From: an uncultured virus (IMG/VR IMGVR_UViG_3300047295_000025)
Lineage: Duplodnaviria; Heunggongvirae; Uroviricota; Caudoviricetes; Schitoviridae
DNA: 64,000 bases
IMG/VR virus record: IMGVR_UViG_3300047295_000025
Reading direction: 5' to 3' (one strand)
Part shown: in pieces, positions 44,337-55,343 of the stretch
How positions within the stretch are numbered: the stretch's first letter is position 1
Layout of the letters: each line of letters starts with the position of its first letter
The notes under the pieces: model-generated
What the model saw: the letters and a program-made list of their open reading frames with translations, nothing else
The model's database searches: none
What the model was told of the DNA's origin: nothing
Position numbers and translations under genes: made by a program

Positions 44337-47300
44337 ATGCCCGATCCGTTCGAAATCCTGAGAAGCTACGCTGAAGCTCCGGCTGTCACGCCGCAGGATT
44401 ATTACAGAGCAGGAGCTGCTCAGGTAACGGGTGCTGGCCAAGACGTTGAAGACCAACGCACCCGCGATATGCGGACGATGAACCCTTACGACCTCATCAT
44501 GAAGTACGGGGCACAAGGCGTTCAGATGAACTCGGGCATCGCTGACGGTGCCCAAGATTACATGATCGACAGGGATCGTGTTCGCTCGAACTGGGAAGCG
44601 ACGAACGACACTGTGGTTGATGTGGCTCGTGGTCTTGTCAACGGTGTCGGTGGTCTTGCTGCACTGGGAACTTCGGTCGTAAGCCCTGAGGGTGGTGCTT
44701 ATCTCTCTGGCAAGCTGGACGAATTCAACAGGTTCTCTGACGAAGAGCAGTCTGCTGGACTGAACAGCCGCCGTGAGGCTTCTGGCGTTGTTCGGGAGCT
44801 GAACGCTTCGGACACTCGTCGGCAGTATGACCGTGAGATCGGGGAGGGTGCAGATCCGACCATCGCTCGGTTCCGAGAGATCGGGCGTAACGTCCTGAAC
44901 GAAGGTGCCTCGGCAATCTCTGATCCAATGCAATTTGGGTCCGGCGTCTCTCAGGGCGTTGGCTCCCTGTTTGCTGGTGGTCTGATTTCCAAGGCACTGA
45001 CTGGTGGCTCAGCTCTTCTGGGTGCCACTGGTCGTACTGCTGCTCTCATCGAGAAAGCAGCAATGCCTGCTGCCATCGGTGGTCTTGAAGGCGGTGGTGC
45101 CTACACCGGAACCGTCAATGAGATCATGGGCATGACCCATGCTCAACTGATGGAGAACTCTCCGGCATATCGCAGACAGATCGTTGAGGGTGTGTCTCAG
45201 GACGATGCTCGTCTGGCTGTTGCCAATGAAGCTGGTCAGATGGCTGCTGCAATCCAAGCTCCTGTTGGCGTGGCTACGGGTGCTCTGGTCTCGAAGTTTG
45301 AGGGTGCTCCCTTCAGAGTTGGCTCTCTCAGGGGTGCTGCTGGCAACATCGGTCGTGAGACTGTTGAAGAAAGCGTCCAGTCTGGTTCGGGTCAACTGGC
45401 TCAGAACTTTGCCATTCAACAACGTGCTGACGACACTCGTGAGCTGACCCAAGATCTAGGTGAGGGTATCGCTCAGGGTGGCCTGTACGGGATGGGCACG
45501 GCAGGTGTCCTGCAAACTCCGGGAGTTGCTGCGAGAACTGCGGTTGAGACTACGAAGCTTGCTGGCATGGCCGTCATGTACGGCGTGAACCGTGCTGTCG
45601 GTGCGTTTAATGCCCGGGTTGAGGGCAAGCTGGCTGAAGTGGAAGCTGAGTCTCCTGTGTCGGCTGAAGCCATGACGGCTGTTCAGGAAGAACAAGCTGC
45701 TCAGGCTCCTGCCACAGCTGAAGCTGTGAAAGCGGCCCTGTCAGAGACTGATCTTGCTGGCCCTGAACTGGGCAGTGCGAATGAGTATGTGGACCGTCTC
45801 ATGTCTGCTGCTCAGTTCGATCCTGCTGAGATCCAGACCCAAAGAAGCCCTCTGATTGCTGGTGCTCTGGAAGGTGCGACGAACCGCTTTGATGCTCTGC
45901 GTCGAGTGGCTGCGGTGGCTGCTGACACGAATGTCCCTGGAATGGGTCGTATCAGTGCTGGTCTGTACTTGATCGATCAGCTCAGGACGTATGACAACCT
46001 GCTGGGAAGCCAGCTTCGTGAGACCCTCGACAACACGCTCGACACCCATCCTTCGATGGACAAGCTGCGTGAGTTTGAGGCAGTGGTTGCCACGATCCAA
46101 AGTCACCCTGAGATCAAGACTGCGATCATCAGTGCTCTCGATGTCGAAGCACAAATCAACGCTGAACAGGTTTCCGATGAAGCGATCAACACCCCTGACG
46201 GCCAAGAAGCAGCTCAGGCAGTGGCTGGCATTGCCGAAGCTGCTGTTACTCAACTGGACGATCCGAAGCTGAGCAAAGTCGATCTGCTCGACAAGGTGGA
46301 CCCTGCTGTCAACGACATCGTGCTGTCTCACGCCTACCTCGGCAAGATCATTCTCACGCCCTCTCAGGTTCAGGCTCTTGAGCTGACCTCTATGATGGCT
46401 CGTGAGCGCCAGAAGGCCAAGGAGCAGGCAGAGAGCTGGGGTCTGTCCAAGATCCAGTACGTTTCCAATCAGATCCGTTCGGATCGTGATGACGAGAAAA
46501 TGCCGTCTGCTGTGAAGCACACGATGACGGTCCTCCGTGCTCTGCGTGCTGGTAACAGGACTGAAGCTGTCGAGCACATGAGGAACTTCCTCGACTTCGC
46601 TCAGTCGATGCAGAACAAACTCACCGCCATCAATGAGGCTCTGGCAAACGGCAACACGTCGAAATCCAACCCGTCGAAGTACATGGCTCTGGACCCTTCG
46701 ACTGGTGACTTCTTCGAGGCTGAGGGTGTCTGGGTCGATCCGAAGAACCCGGCTACGATCAAGTTCGCCCAAGAGGTGAGCCTTGATGCCCAGACTGTTG
46801 TGGTTCTGGCGAATAACCTGAACCTCCAGACCAAGATGAGCCTGCCTCAGGTGGAGATGGTTCAGTTGGATCCGGTGCTTCAGGAGATGGCTGATGTCAT
46901 CACCAAGCAGGCACGCAAGGCGAAGACCACCCCCGAGCAACGTGCTCAGGCTCGTGCTGCCGAGTTGGATGCTGCTGTCGCTGAGAAGAAGGCTCAAGAG
47001 CCTGCTCAGGAAGTTGCTCCTGCACAGGCGAAGCCTGTGGAAAAAGTAGAAGCAGAGCCTGATAGCTACCGGGATGGCGACTATACGTCTGAAATGTCAG
47101 ATGAGGATCTCGGTGTTGAAAAGCCCAAGACCCGTACTGATCTTGAAGCTGACCCCAGAACGCCTGCTTTCCTGCGTATCAGCCGGAGTGTGTCTGAAAA
47201 AGAAAAGGTGTCTGATCCAAAGGATTGGACGCCCGCTATGCGTAAAGCATATGACTCTGGGAACACCGCTGAGTTTTCTCGTCTTCGTGGCTACACTCAA

Positions 47301-50300
47301 CAAGAGATTGCTGAATACACTGAATACCTGAAGCAAGCAGACGCTTTGATCGAGGATTACGGGGTTGATTTGGTTCAAGCCCTTTCGATTGACGATTTGA
47401 TCGAAAACCCTCTTCCGGCCAAGGAAGCGGTTTCTGCCGATAGGCAGGAAACCGCTGACGAGCCGGTAAAGGAAAAAGCTCCTGAGCCTGATCAACAAGG
47501 TGTCGTGCCGAACACGGATGCTCCTGTGTTCGAGGGTCGCTTCGAGAAGCTGGCCACGGTGCGCGGTCTGAACTGGATGCAGAGAGCCTTCACCGACAAG
47601 AAGGAAGCTTCGACTCGACTGGTCGGAGTCGCTTCTCCTATGGCTGCCATCAGGGCTGCTCTGAAGAGCCAGACGGCCCTCTCAGGCTTTGTTGATGGGA
47701 AAGTCACCCACGACTACACTGGTGCCCTCAGCAAGGCTTACAGCGCCTTCCTGAGCCTTGGAGACAAGGTGAGCCAGACTGTTCGTGATCGGGTCAGTGC
47801 TGAGCTGCGTAAGCCTATAGGCAAGGGCGGGGAGATGGTCGGCAAGGTCATCATGGACGAGACCACCAAGGGTGAGTCGTCGCTGACTGACACGGCTGGT
47901 GCTCCGAACCGCTGGGTTCGTGGGAAGATCTTCAACCTTCTCAACGTGGTGGACAACAAGCTGGTGCTGAATGACGAACTGCTGGAAGCTGCTACTCTGG
48001 CTGCTCTTCAGTGGGCACTGGCTGGCAACACCAGAAGCAGCGAGCTGACTGACGAAGAAATCGGTGAGATTGTTGGTATGGATCCGGCTCTGGTCAGTGA
48101 CGCAGAGCGTGGGTTCTTCAACAACGGTATGGCTGCAAACGATGCCATTCTCGCTCTGTCGAACAAGATCATCCAGTTCTGGGGTGTCGAGAAGAACAAC
48201 AAGACCCCGATGGGTTACACGGACGGCATTCCTCAGGCAGTGGCTGCCGAGATGCTGTATGGCCTGAAGGAAGCTGGTCTGATCATCATTGACGATGCGA
48301 CCATCGCCAACCCGAATGCAGGTCAGTTGGATGCTGAAGGCAATGTCATCCCTCCGGTGAAGACCTTCAACCGTATCCAGTTCGCTGAGTTCGACGGCAG
48401 GGAAGCTCTGGAAGAGTTCCCAAATGCCATTGAGACCGCAGTAATGCTGGTCCCCGATCAAGTGAGCTTTATTGGCTCTCCGCCTACTTCCGTGTCTCCG
48501 ACCCAGATGCGTAACAAGATGGTGAAGAACACGCCTCAGCAGCTGAAGATGATCGAGAAGGCTCAGAAGACGCCATATCTACCCGACATGCAGATGGTGG
48601 ATATCTACCTTGGTCTGGGCAAAGAGGGTGTTCTGGAGCTGTTCGGTGCTGGTGCAGATCTCGCTGCTCAGCTTCTGAACAAGAACCACAGGCGTTCTCT
48701 GGAAGGCAAGAACCGCACTATCGCTGCTGCCTACGACCGTATCCAAGCGGTCATGAAGGAAGTGACGAACCGTGCTGGTGTTGACGGCAAAGAGCCGGGC
48801 GACATGGAGATCTTCTATGAGCACAACGTCTCGCGTGTGGGCCGTCTCCATATGGAAGGTCTGCACAACCCGCAGGCTAATAAACTCACTCGGGAAGCGT
48901 TCCTGCCTACTTGGTCAACTCTCGATCTGACTGATCGGAAGAACAAAGATCTCTTCTATCTGGCTGTTGGTCAGGCATGGGGGGTGAAGGTTCACAAGCA
49001 GTCGCTGGCTGAGACCCGCAAGGATGTCCAGAAAATGATGGGCAAGCCTGAGGTGGCTGCTGCCTTGAAGCTGCTGCGTGAATGGCTCGAAGGTGGCTTT
49101 GATTTCAGCGAAGATGATCTGGCGATCCTGAAAGCTGGTCTGCCTAGCCTATCGCCTCACTCGCTGCACGCTGGCGTCGAGATGGCCAAGTACCAGATGG
49201 CAGATGCGGGCCAACGAGCCGAATTCAGAACCTCGCTGTATGTCGAGGCTGACGGCGTGACCGATGGCCCGATCAACGCTCTAGTTCACATGGCTCCTGG
49301 ATCCTTCAGCCCTGATTGGTTGAAGGCTGTCGGCAAGGGTGGCCTGTTCTTCGGTCAGTCTGGAATGACCATGGACGAGTACACCGACAAAGTGGACCTG
49401 TATGGATCGACCCAGACTAACCTGAACGCCCATCTGGAAAGACAGAAGAAGGAGTTCAACAAGCCGAACCTGAAGGCTCAGTCGGATGCGATGTTCCGGG
49501 TCATGGAACACCTACTGGGTTCCAAAGCCGTCATGTTCGATGAGTCCACTGGTGAGATCACCATTGACCGTGGCGTGGTGAAGAACCCACTGACGGTGAC
49601 CATCTATGGCTCCGGCAAGAAGGGCATCGCCTCAAAGGTTACCGAGAGCCTGCTAGGTGCGTTCTATGCTGAGCAGTCGAGACTGGCACAACTCACGACC
49701 ACCATGCCGGGTGAAGCAGCAGCTCTGGAGATCTTTGGATCCAAGGCTACGGAGAACCCTACCCAAGCCAAGGCGATGTACGAGCAATACGTCAGTGATC
49801 TTCAGACCCTCACGAACATCGTCCTGATCAAAGGCAAGTCTGGCCCGTACACGGAAGACCGCACGAGCAAGACGAAGAAGTGGGACAACGACTACGTTGA
49901 GTTCACCTTCAGCCCTGATCAACTGGAAAACCTCCAGCAGAACGTGGAGTCGATCTTCGTTGACCCTCTGGATAGAGCCATCAAAAATGTGATCGGTGAG
50001 ATCAACAACACGACTGTTACGCTCCGTAGAGCCATTCAAGCACAGTCGATTGTGATGAAGTACGCTTTCCAGCGTGAGATCGAACGGCGACTGGAAAAGA
50101 AAAAGGAAACCGACCCTGACTACCGTCAAGGCGATTTCCTGTCTCAGGCTGAGCTGAACGAAGTTTACGCTTCGCTCAAGCACCTCAGTCCGCTGATCCA
50201 TACTGCGAACCAAAGCTTCCTGATTGGCAGCTCCGAGCGGGCTACGATCCCGGGAGCTGTGTGGGCACGTTCGGTCGATGGAACGCTGTCCTCCGAGGTC

Positions 50301-53300
50301 TCGGTCTATGGACCCACCAATGCTGGTGTGTCCGGCATTCCGGTCATGATCATCGGCCCAGGAGATGGTCAGATGATCCAGAATGGTTCGGTGGACCCTG
50401 AGATGCCCGACGAGAAGATGTTCGTCTTCGATGGGGTGAACTTCTCGCTGAGCACCATCGAGAAGGGCAGTGAGCTGATGAATAAGGCTGTCCACAGCGG
50501 ATGGCTGGAAAACCCTCTGGGTGATGTGGCCCGGACGTTTGACGCCTTCATGGAAGACGCTGATCTCACCAACATGAGCGAGCGTCAGATGAAAGAGTTG
50601 GCTAACGCTCTGTTCTCTCGAAAAGAGGCTGAAGCCTTCTTCAAGGGCGGCATTGCTCCCAACGCTGTGATCGGCATGTTGGCCGATGAGATGGGTTATG
50701 TTCGGAATGACCTGAATAGACTGAGCCAACAGACCAAGGCGAGAGCCGAGGTTCTGGCTGAAGTGCAGGTGACGGTTGATCACATGGCTTCAGCTGCCAA
50801 GGCTTACGTCAGCGAGGGCAGGGTTCTTGACGGGATGTCCGAAGAAGCAATCCTCGAATATCTGAACGCTCGCTTCAATGAAAAGCTGAGCGTGATCCGT
50901 AAGGAAGAGAACATCCAAGAGAACATCTTCTCTGATCTGGAAAGCGTGGGCGTAACGCACACGAGATCCAAGACCAGAGTGATCAGCACTGACCAATTGA
51001 CTGGTCTGGTGGATCAGATGAAGATTCCTGCTGACCAGAAGTCGATGATGATCCCGACGCTGCGTGCCCTGAAGAGCAAAGGCTACACGGTGGTCTTCGG
51101 ATCTCCGGCTGGAGCATCATCCTATGCGGTCCAAAACAACCTTCGTCGTATTGATAGTCGTCAGTCTGCCGAGCAGCAGACGCAAGGCTTTATCGTGTTC
51201 GGGGACAAGACGATCTACCTGCATACGCCGTCGTCTGAAACCCTGCTGCACGAGCTGATCCACGCTGCCACGCTGGAGAAGGTTGCTGCCTTCTACACCC
51301 AGCCTGAAACGCTGTCGGCTGCTGATCGTGATGCTGTGGCTCGGATCGAGGGACTGATGCAGGAGTGGCTCCTGTCTGAAGACAACCTGATTGAGTTGGC
51401 TCCTCAAGTTCGGAGATCGTTCGATAGTGCCAAGCAAGCTGTGGAAGGTCACCTGAACAACATCACTGGTCTGTCGGCCATGAACAAGGCTGCTGCCTTG
51501 AACGAGTTCATGGCTTGGAACTTGTCGAACAGTGATCTGATCCGTATCAACAAGCGGACCAACGTGAAGAGCCAGCTCTTCCGTGTGATAGGTGATGCTT
51601 TGGTTGCGCTGAAGAAGCTGATCTGGGGTGAGAGCAAGGCACCTTTCGTTGACAAGTCGATCTATTCGAACCTGGCTTTCAACACTGCCATTCTCATGAG
51701 CAGCACAAGGACTGTTCGTGCAGAGCTGTCCGACACTGTGCTCTATCAGAGCAACGCTTTTGGTCGTGATGATCGTCTGACCAAGCTGCGTGCTCAGTTC
51801 GACAATAAGGTGGCTGTGCTGATCAACGAGGTGGCTGACCCAATCCAGAAGGATACGGCCAAGAACGCTGTGAGTGCGGCTGTGCAGAAGGCGGCTGATG
51901 TTACCGCCTCCTTCCAGTCTCACGGTTTCCCGATGACGATGCAGGAAGCTTCGACTTTCCAGTCGATGGTGGCTGCGTTCATGGCTGATGCCGAGCTGAA
52001 CCCCGTCACGCTGAACAGCCTTCAGAAGATCTACACGAACGTGATGGAGCAGCTGTCGGTTGAGACCTTCATGAAGGATCCTCAGGGCACCGACCCGGCT
52101 GACCGTTTCCAAGCCCAAGAGAAGTTCAACTCTCTGGCTGGTGACTTCGGTCTGGAATACGACAGTGCTGGTCGTTCGACCCTGCTGCCTGCTTTCTTGG
52201 CTCTGGCCAACACAAACAACACGTTCCGTGCTGTGCTCGCTGACATCAAGATGCCGAAGACTGGCCTTGAGAAGTGGAACACGGTGGACAACGTGCTGAC
52301 CAACGTGGGTGTACTGACGATGGATCGTCTGGCCAGCACGATGGCTGGTGCTGATCGCAAGGCTACCAGAGTCACGGCTGCGATTGATGCCCTGACGAAT
52401 GTGCTCGCCCAGTCTGCCGAGGACCAGAAGAGCTTCGTGGTTCAGAAGGGTCTGTACAAGATCTCGGGAGCTGTAAACGCTGCCAACGACTACCTCGTAA
52501 AGAACGTGCAGGACTTCTCCAGCAAGGCGATTGACGTGCTGACGGATGTCCAGAACACCTCTTCGAACAAGGTCGTGAAAGACGCTGCTGCTGTGGGCAA
52601 GGTCATCGCTTCGGTGGTAAATATCGAGCGTTCTGACAGTGTGGCTGCTGGCCTCATGTCTATGCTGAACCAAGGTCGGATCTGGAAGCCTCTTCACGAT
52701 CTGGTGAATGAGTTTGTTGGCTCCACTGACGAGAATTGGGACATCACCAGCATGGTGAAGTCGGTGAAGACTGTGGTTCAGCAAGCTCGCCAACAGTTCC
52801 GTGAGCAGCTGCCTGAGATCATTGCTGAGAAGTTCAGCCGTGAGCTGGCTGACAACGAATGGACGGAGATGTTCATTTCCTTCGGTCGCACTGATCTGGC
52901 TTCTCTGAAGTCCAGCCTATCTACTCAGGAGATCTTGCGTCTGGTGAGCGACAACAACGCACTACTGGCTGAGATCAGCAGGATTGAGGGCCGGATCCAA
53001 GGATCTGATCCCAAGCGTTGGGCTACGCTCCAGCGGAAGTCGGACGAGCTGGCTCAGTTCATGATGCACGGCAAGGTGTCGGGGAACCTCCTCCGTAACG
53101 CCTACGCTGTGGCTCGCCTGTTCGGTGAAGCTGGTGTGATCAAGACGGGCGATCCTGATCCCCGTCTGGTCTCGGACATCGATCAACTGGTTTCCCTGTA
53201 TGCCCTGAACCTGACGGAACAGAGCACCAAGGATGCTATGGCAAAGCTGGTTGAGAATGAGGCTGAAGGCCTTGACTTCACCCTGTCTTATCTCGTCGGT

Positions 53301-55115
53301 CAGAGACTGGATGAGCAAGTGAAGATCAGCACGCTCGAAGCCAAGCTGAACCACTACAAGGGTTACATTCCTACGGACAATGCTCAGGGTCTGAGCCTTA
53401 TCGTGGCTGATGACGCAGAGTTCTCCGGTCTGAGGCTGAAAGGGTTCAAACGTGTTGGTGATTATGCTGGTTCGGTCGCAGAAGGTCCCCTTCACAAGAA
53501 GGGATACTACTTCGCACCAGTCTCAGGCCTCTCAACCTACAACCAAGGTATCGTACAGAATGTGCGTCCCACGGCCTCAGGAGTGGATCCTGTAACTGGT
53601 TTCACCTACGGAACGAAGATGGTTGCTGGTCGGATAGTGGATCCGATCCATGTGAAGAAGATCACTCTGCGTCGCTCACTAAATGAAAAAGCCACCGAGC
53701 CTCTGATGCCGATCTTTGGATCGAACGGTGAGGTGGTGGCTTATGAACGCAGCATCGACGCCAAGCAGGAAATCCGCTTGGAGAAGAACACTCACCTTGG
53801 TGAGATGATCGGTGCATGGCGTGGTCGTCAGGCTGAAGAGGCTATGGCTGGTGCCTTCAATCAGGTGCTGATCGAGCGTCTGAAGAAGATGTACGACATC
53901 GACGTGAAGGCTGGTCGTGGTGGCGAATACATCGACCTGTACGACAAGAAGAGCCTGAAGGATCCAGTCCTTGAGGAGGCTGTCACTCTGATGACGAGAG
54001 AGACCCGCCAATTCATCAAGCAGACCTTCGGTGGTTCAACCTTCATGGTTCGCAAGGACATGTTGAACGATGTGGTGGGTTATCGTCAGGCCTCCATTGG
54101 AGACATGTGGACGGGGAATAGCAGGATCTCTGAGGAAGCTCAGAAGTCAATTCGTCGTGCTGCTATCGGTGTCTTCGGTGCTGACGCCTATCAGAAGATG
54201 GTCAATGCTGAGAAATTCCATCAGAACGTCATCTCGGCTGCCCGTATTCTGATCGTCGTGAAGTCGGTGGTGGTTCCGGTCTCGAACGTGATCTCGAACA
54301 TCTACCAGCTGACTGCTCGGGGTGTGCCTCTGATCGACACGCTGAAGAAGCTGCCTGCCAAGACGGCAGAAGTGGACCAGTATGTGAAGAACCGCCTTCG
54401 TCAGATTGAGGTCGAAGCTGAGCTTCGTGCTGCGACTGGTGATCTGGTCAAGACCCGCAAGCTCAGCACTGAGCTTCAGGGGATCAACGATGCGAACCGC
54501 CGTATGTCGATCTGGCCTCTTATTGAGGCTGGCGAGTTCAGCTCCATCTCTGAGGGTGGCATCACCCATGATGAGCTGGCTTTGGCTGAGGGTCGTCTGA
54601 CGGACTACATCGAGGGTCTGACTGAGAAGCTGCCTGAAGCCATCAAGACGGCTGGCAAGTATGCTCTGATCACCAAGGACACTGCTCTATTCAAGGGGCT
54701 TGCCCGTGCGATCGAATACGGCGACTTCCTTGCCAAGGCGGTGCTGTATGATGACCTGACCATTCGTCAGAAGCTCACTCATGATCAGGCTATTCGTGGC
54801 GTGACTGAGGAGTTCATCAACTATGATCGTCTCCCAGGCAGAGGCCGGGGTTATCTGGAGAGCATGGGGATCCTGTGGTTCTGGAACTTCAAGATCCGTG
54901 CGACCAAGGTTGCAATCTCGATGGTTCGCCATAATCCCCTCCAGACGCTGCTGGCTACGGTGGCTCCGACGCCCCCGATGTTCGGTAGTGTGGGTCTGCC
55001 CGTGTCGGACAACATCTTCTCCATCACGGCAGAAGGTGCTCTGGGTAACTCTGTGGGCCTCGGGCAGGCCTTCAGGGCACCCTTCCTGAACCCTTGGGTG
55101 CAGATCACTACCTGA
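44337..55115 (+). CDS. Virion-encapsidated RNA polymerase (N4 gp50-like)
   Basis: 3592 aa; SRVGRLHM, EADGVTDG (motif A), RGVVKNPLTVTIYG (motif B), GPGDG (motif C); no Cys noticed, as in N4 vRNAP. Confidence 0.97.
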   Translation: MPDPFEILRSYAEAPAVTPQDYYRAGAAQVTGAGQDVEDQRTRDMRTMNPYDLIMKYGAQGVQMNSGIADGAQDYMIDRDRVRSNWEATNDTVVDVARGLVNGVGGLAALGTSVVSPEGGAYLSGKLDEFNRFSDEEQSAGLNSRREASGVVRELNASDTRRQYDREIGEGADPTIARFREIGRNVLNEGASAISDPMQFGSGVSQGVGSLFAGGLISKALTGGSALLGATGRTAALIEKAAMPAAIGGLEGGGAYTGTVNEIMGMTHAQLMENSPAYRRQIVEGVSQDDARLAVANEAGQMAAAIQAPVGVATGALVSKFEGAPFRVGSLRGAAGNIGRETVEESVQSGSGQLAQNFAIQQRADDTRELTQDLGEGIAQGGLYGMGTAGVLQTPGVAARTAVETTKLAGMAVMYGVNRAVGAFNARVEGKLAEVEAESPVSAEAMTAVQEEQAAQAPATAEAVKAALSETDLAGPELGSANEYVDRLMSAAQFDPAEIQTQRSPLIAGALEGATNRFDALRRVAAVAADTNVPGMGRISAGLYLIDQLRTYDNLLGSQLRETLDNTLDTHPSMDKLREFEAVVATIQSHPEIKTAIISALDVEAQINAEQVSDEAINTPDGQEAAQAVAGIAEAAVTQLDDPKLSKVDLLDKVDPAVNDIVLSHAYLGKIILTPSQVQALELTSMMARERQKAKEQAESWGLSKIQYVSNQIRSDRDDEKMPSAVKHTMTVLRALRAGNRTEAVEHMRNFLDFAQSMQNKLTAINEALANGNTSKSNPSKYMALDPSTGDFFEAEGVWVDPKNPATIKFAQEVSLDAQTVVVLANNLNLQTKMSLPQVEMVQLDPVLQEMADVITKQARKAKTTPEQRAQARAAELDAAVAEKKAQEPAQEVAPAQAKPVEKVEAEPDSYRDGDYTSEMSDEDLGVEKPKTRTDLEADPRTPAFLRISRSVSEKEKVSDPKDWTPAMRKAYDSGNTAEFSRLRGYTQQEIAEYTEYLKQADALIEDYGVDLVQALSIDDLIENPLPAKEAVSADRQETADEPVKEKAPEPDQQGVVPNTDAPVFEGRFEKLATVRGLNWMQRAFTDKKEASTRLVGVASPMAAIRAALKSQTALSGFVDGKVTHDYTGALSKAYSAFLSLGDKVSQTVRDRVSAELRKPIGKGGEMVGKVIMDETTKGESSLTDTAGAPNRWVRGKIFNLLNVVDNKLVLNDELLEAATLAALQWALAGNTRSSELTDEEIGEIVGMDPALVSDAERGFFNNGMAANDAILALSNKIIQFWGVEKNNKTPMGYTDGIPQAVAAEMLYGLKEAGLIIIDDATIANPNAGQLDAEGNVIPPVKTFNRIQFAEFDGREALEEFPNAIETAVMLVPDQVSFIGSPPTSVSPTQMRNKMVKNTPQQLKMIEKAQKTPYLPDMQMVDIYLGLGKEGVLELFGAGADLAAQLLNKNHRRSLEGKNRTIAAAYDRIQAVMKEVTNRAGVDGKEPGDMEIFYEHNVSRVGRLHMEGLHNPQANKLTREAFLPTWSTLDLTDRKNKDLFYLAVGQAWGVKVHKQSLAETRKDVQKMMGKPEVAAALKLLREWLEGGFDFSEDDLAILKAGLPSLSPHSLHAGVEMAKYQMADAGQRAEFRTSLYVEADGVTDGPINALVHMAPGSFSPDWLKAVGKGGLFFGQSGMTMDEYTDKVDLYGSTQTNLNAHLERQKKEFNKPNLKAQSDAMFRVMEHLLGSKAVMFDESTGEITIDRGVVKNPLTVTIYGSGKKGIASKVTESLLGAFYAEQSRLAQLTTTMPGEAAALEIFGSKATENPTQAKAMYEQYVSDLQTLTNIVLIKGKSGPYTEDRTSKTKKWDNDYVEFTFSPDQLENLQQNVESIFVDPLDRAIKNVIGEINNTTVTLRRAIQAQSIVMKYAFQREIERRLEKKKETDPDYRQGDFLSQAELNEVYASLKHLSPLIHTANQSFLIGSSERATIPGAVWARSVDGTLSSEVSVYGPTNAGVSGIPVMIIGPGDGQMIQNGSVDPEMPDEKMFVFDGVNFSLSTIEKGSELMNKAVHSGWLENPLGDVARTFDAFMEDADLTNMSERQMKELANALFSRKEAEAFFKGGIAPNAVIGMLADEMGYVRNDLNRLSQQTKARAEVLAEVQVTVDHMASAAKAYVSEGRVLDGMSEEAILEYLNARFNEKLSVIRKEENIQENIFSDLESVGVTHTRSKTRVISTDQLTGLVDQMKIPADQKSMMIPTLRALKSKGYTVVFGSPAGASSYAVQNNLRRIDSRQSAEQQTQGFIVFGDKTIYLHTPSSETLLHELIHAATLEKVAAFYTQPETLSAADRDAVARIEGLMQEWLLSEDNLIELAPQVRRSFDSAKQAVEGHLNNITGLSAMNKAAALNEFMAWNLSNSDLIRINKRTNVKSQLFRVIGDALVALKKLIWGESKAPFVDKSIYSNLAFNTAILMSSTRTVRAELSDTVLYQSNAFGRDDRLTKLRAQFDNKVAVLINEVADPIQKDTAKNAVSAAVQKAADVTASFQSHGFPMTMQEASTFQSMVAAFMADAELNPVTLNSLQKIYTNVMEQLSVETFMKDPQGTDPADRFQAQEKFNSLAGDFGLEYDSAGRSTLLPAFLALANTNNTFRAVLADIKMPKTGLEKWNTVDNVLTNVGVLTMDRLASTMAGADRKATRVTAAIDALTNVLAQSAEDQKSFVVQKGLYKISGAVNAANDYLVKNVQDFSSKAIDVLTDVQNTSSNKVVKDAAAVGKVIASVVNIERSDSVAAGLMSMLNQGRIWKPLHDLVNEFVGSTDENWDITSMVKSVKTVVQQARQQFREQLPEIIAEKFSRELADNEWTEMFISFGRTDLASLKSSLSTQEILRLVSDNNALLAEISRIEGRIQGSDPKRWATLQRKSDELAQFMMHGKVSGNLLRNAYAVARLFGEAGVIKTGDPDPRLVSDIDQLVSLYALNLTEQSTKDAMAKLVENEAEGLDFTLSYLVGQRLDEQVKISTLEAKLNHYKGYIPTDNAQGLSLIVADDAEFSGLRLKGFKRVGDYAGSVAEGPLHKKGYYFAPVSGLSTYNQGIVQNVRPTASGVDPVTGFTYGTKMVAGRIVDPIHVKKITLRRSLNEKATEPLMPIFGSNGEVVAYERSIDAKQEIRLEKNTHLGEMIGAWRGRQAEEAMAGAFNQVLIERLKKMYDIDVKAGRGGEYIDLYDKKSLKDPVLEEAVTLMTRETRQFIKQTFGGSTFMVRKDMLNDVVGYRQASIGDMWTGNSRISEEAQKSIRRAAIGVFGADAYQKMVNAEKFHQNVISAARILIVVKSVVVPVSNVISNIYQLTARGVPLIDTLKKLPAKTAEVDQYVKNRLRQIEVEAELRAATGDLVKTRKLSTELQGINDANRRMSIWPLIEAGEFSSISEGGITHDELALAEGRLTDYIEGLTEKLPEAIKTAGKYALITKDTALFKGLARAIEYGDFLAKAVLYDDLTIRQKLTHDQAIRGVTEEFINYDRLPGRGRGYLESMGILWFWNFKIRATKVAISMVRHNPLQTLLATVAPTPPMFGSVGLPVSDNIFSITAEGALGNSVGLGQAFRAPFLNPWVQITT

Positions 55116-55119
55116 TCAA

Positions 55120-55155
55120 GAAAAAGCCCCCAGAGCGAACTCTGGGGGCTTCCTT
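55120..55155. terminator. Terminator at convergence of late and middle transcription
   Basis: AAAAAGCCCCCAGAG-CGAA-CTCTGGGGGCTT. Confidence 0.85.
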
Positions 55156-55157
55156 GC

Positions 55158-55334
55158 CTATTCGGCTTTTCGGTTGGGTAGGATGGAAGCGAGGAGAACC
55201 AACAACCCCGCTACACATCCGATCCCGAACAGAACTGCCAAGAGTGGCAACAGAAAGATGATGATGCTGCCGATGAGGTAGATCACAGCTGCGATCACGA
55301 ACAGGCCTAGCATCACAAGGATGAGCTTGTTCAT
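55158..55334 (-). CDS. Small two-TM membrane protein (58 aa)
   Basis: MNKLILVMLGLFVIAAV... read by hand; GGAGG RBS. Confidence 0.7.
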   Translation of the reverse strand: MNKLILVMLGLFVIAAVIYLIGSIIIFLLPLLAVLFGIGCVAGLLVLLASILPNRKAE

Positions 55335-55343
55335 CCCTCCGTC

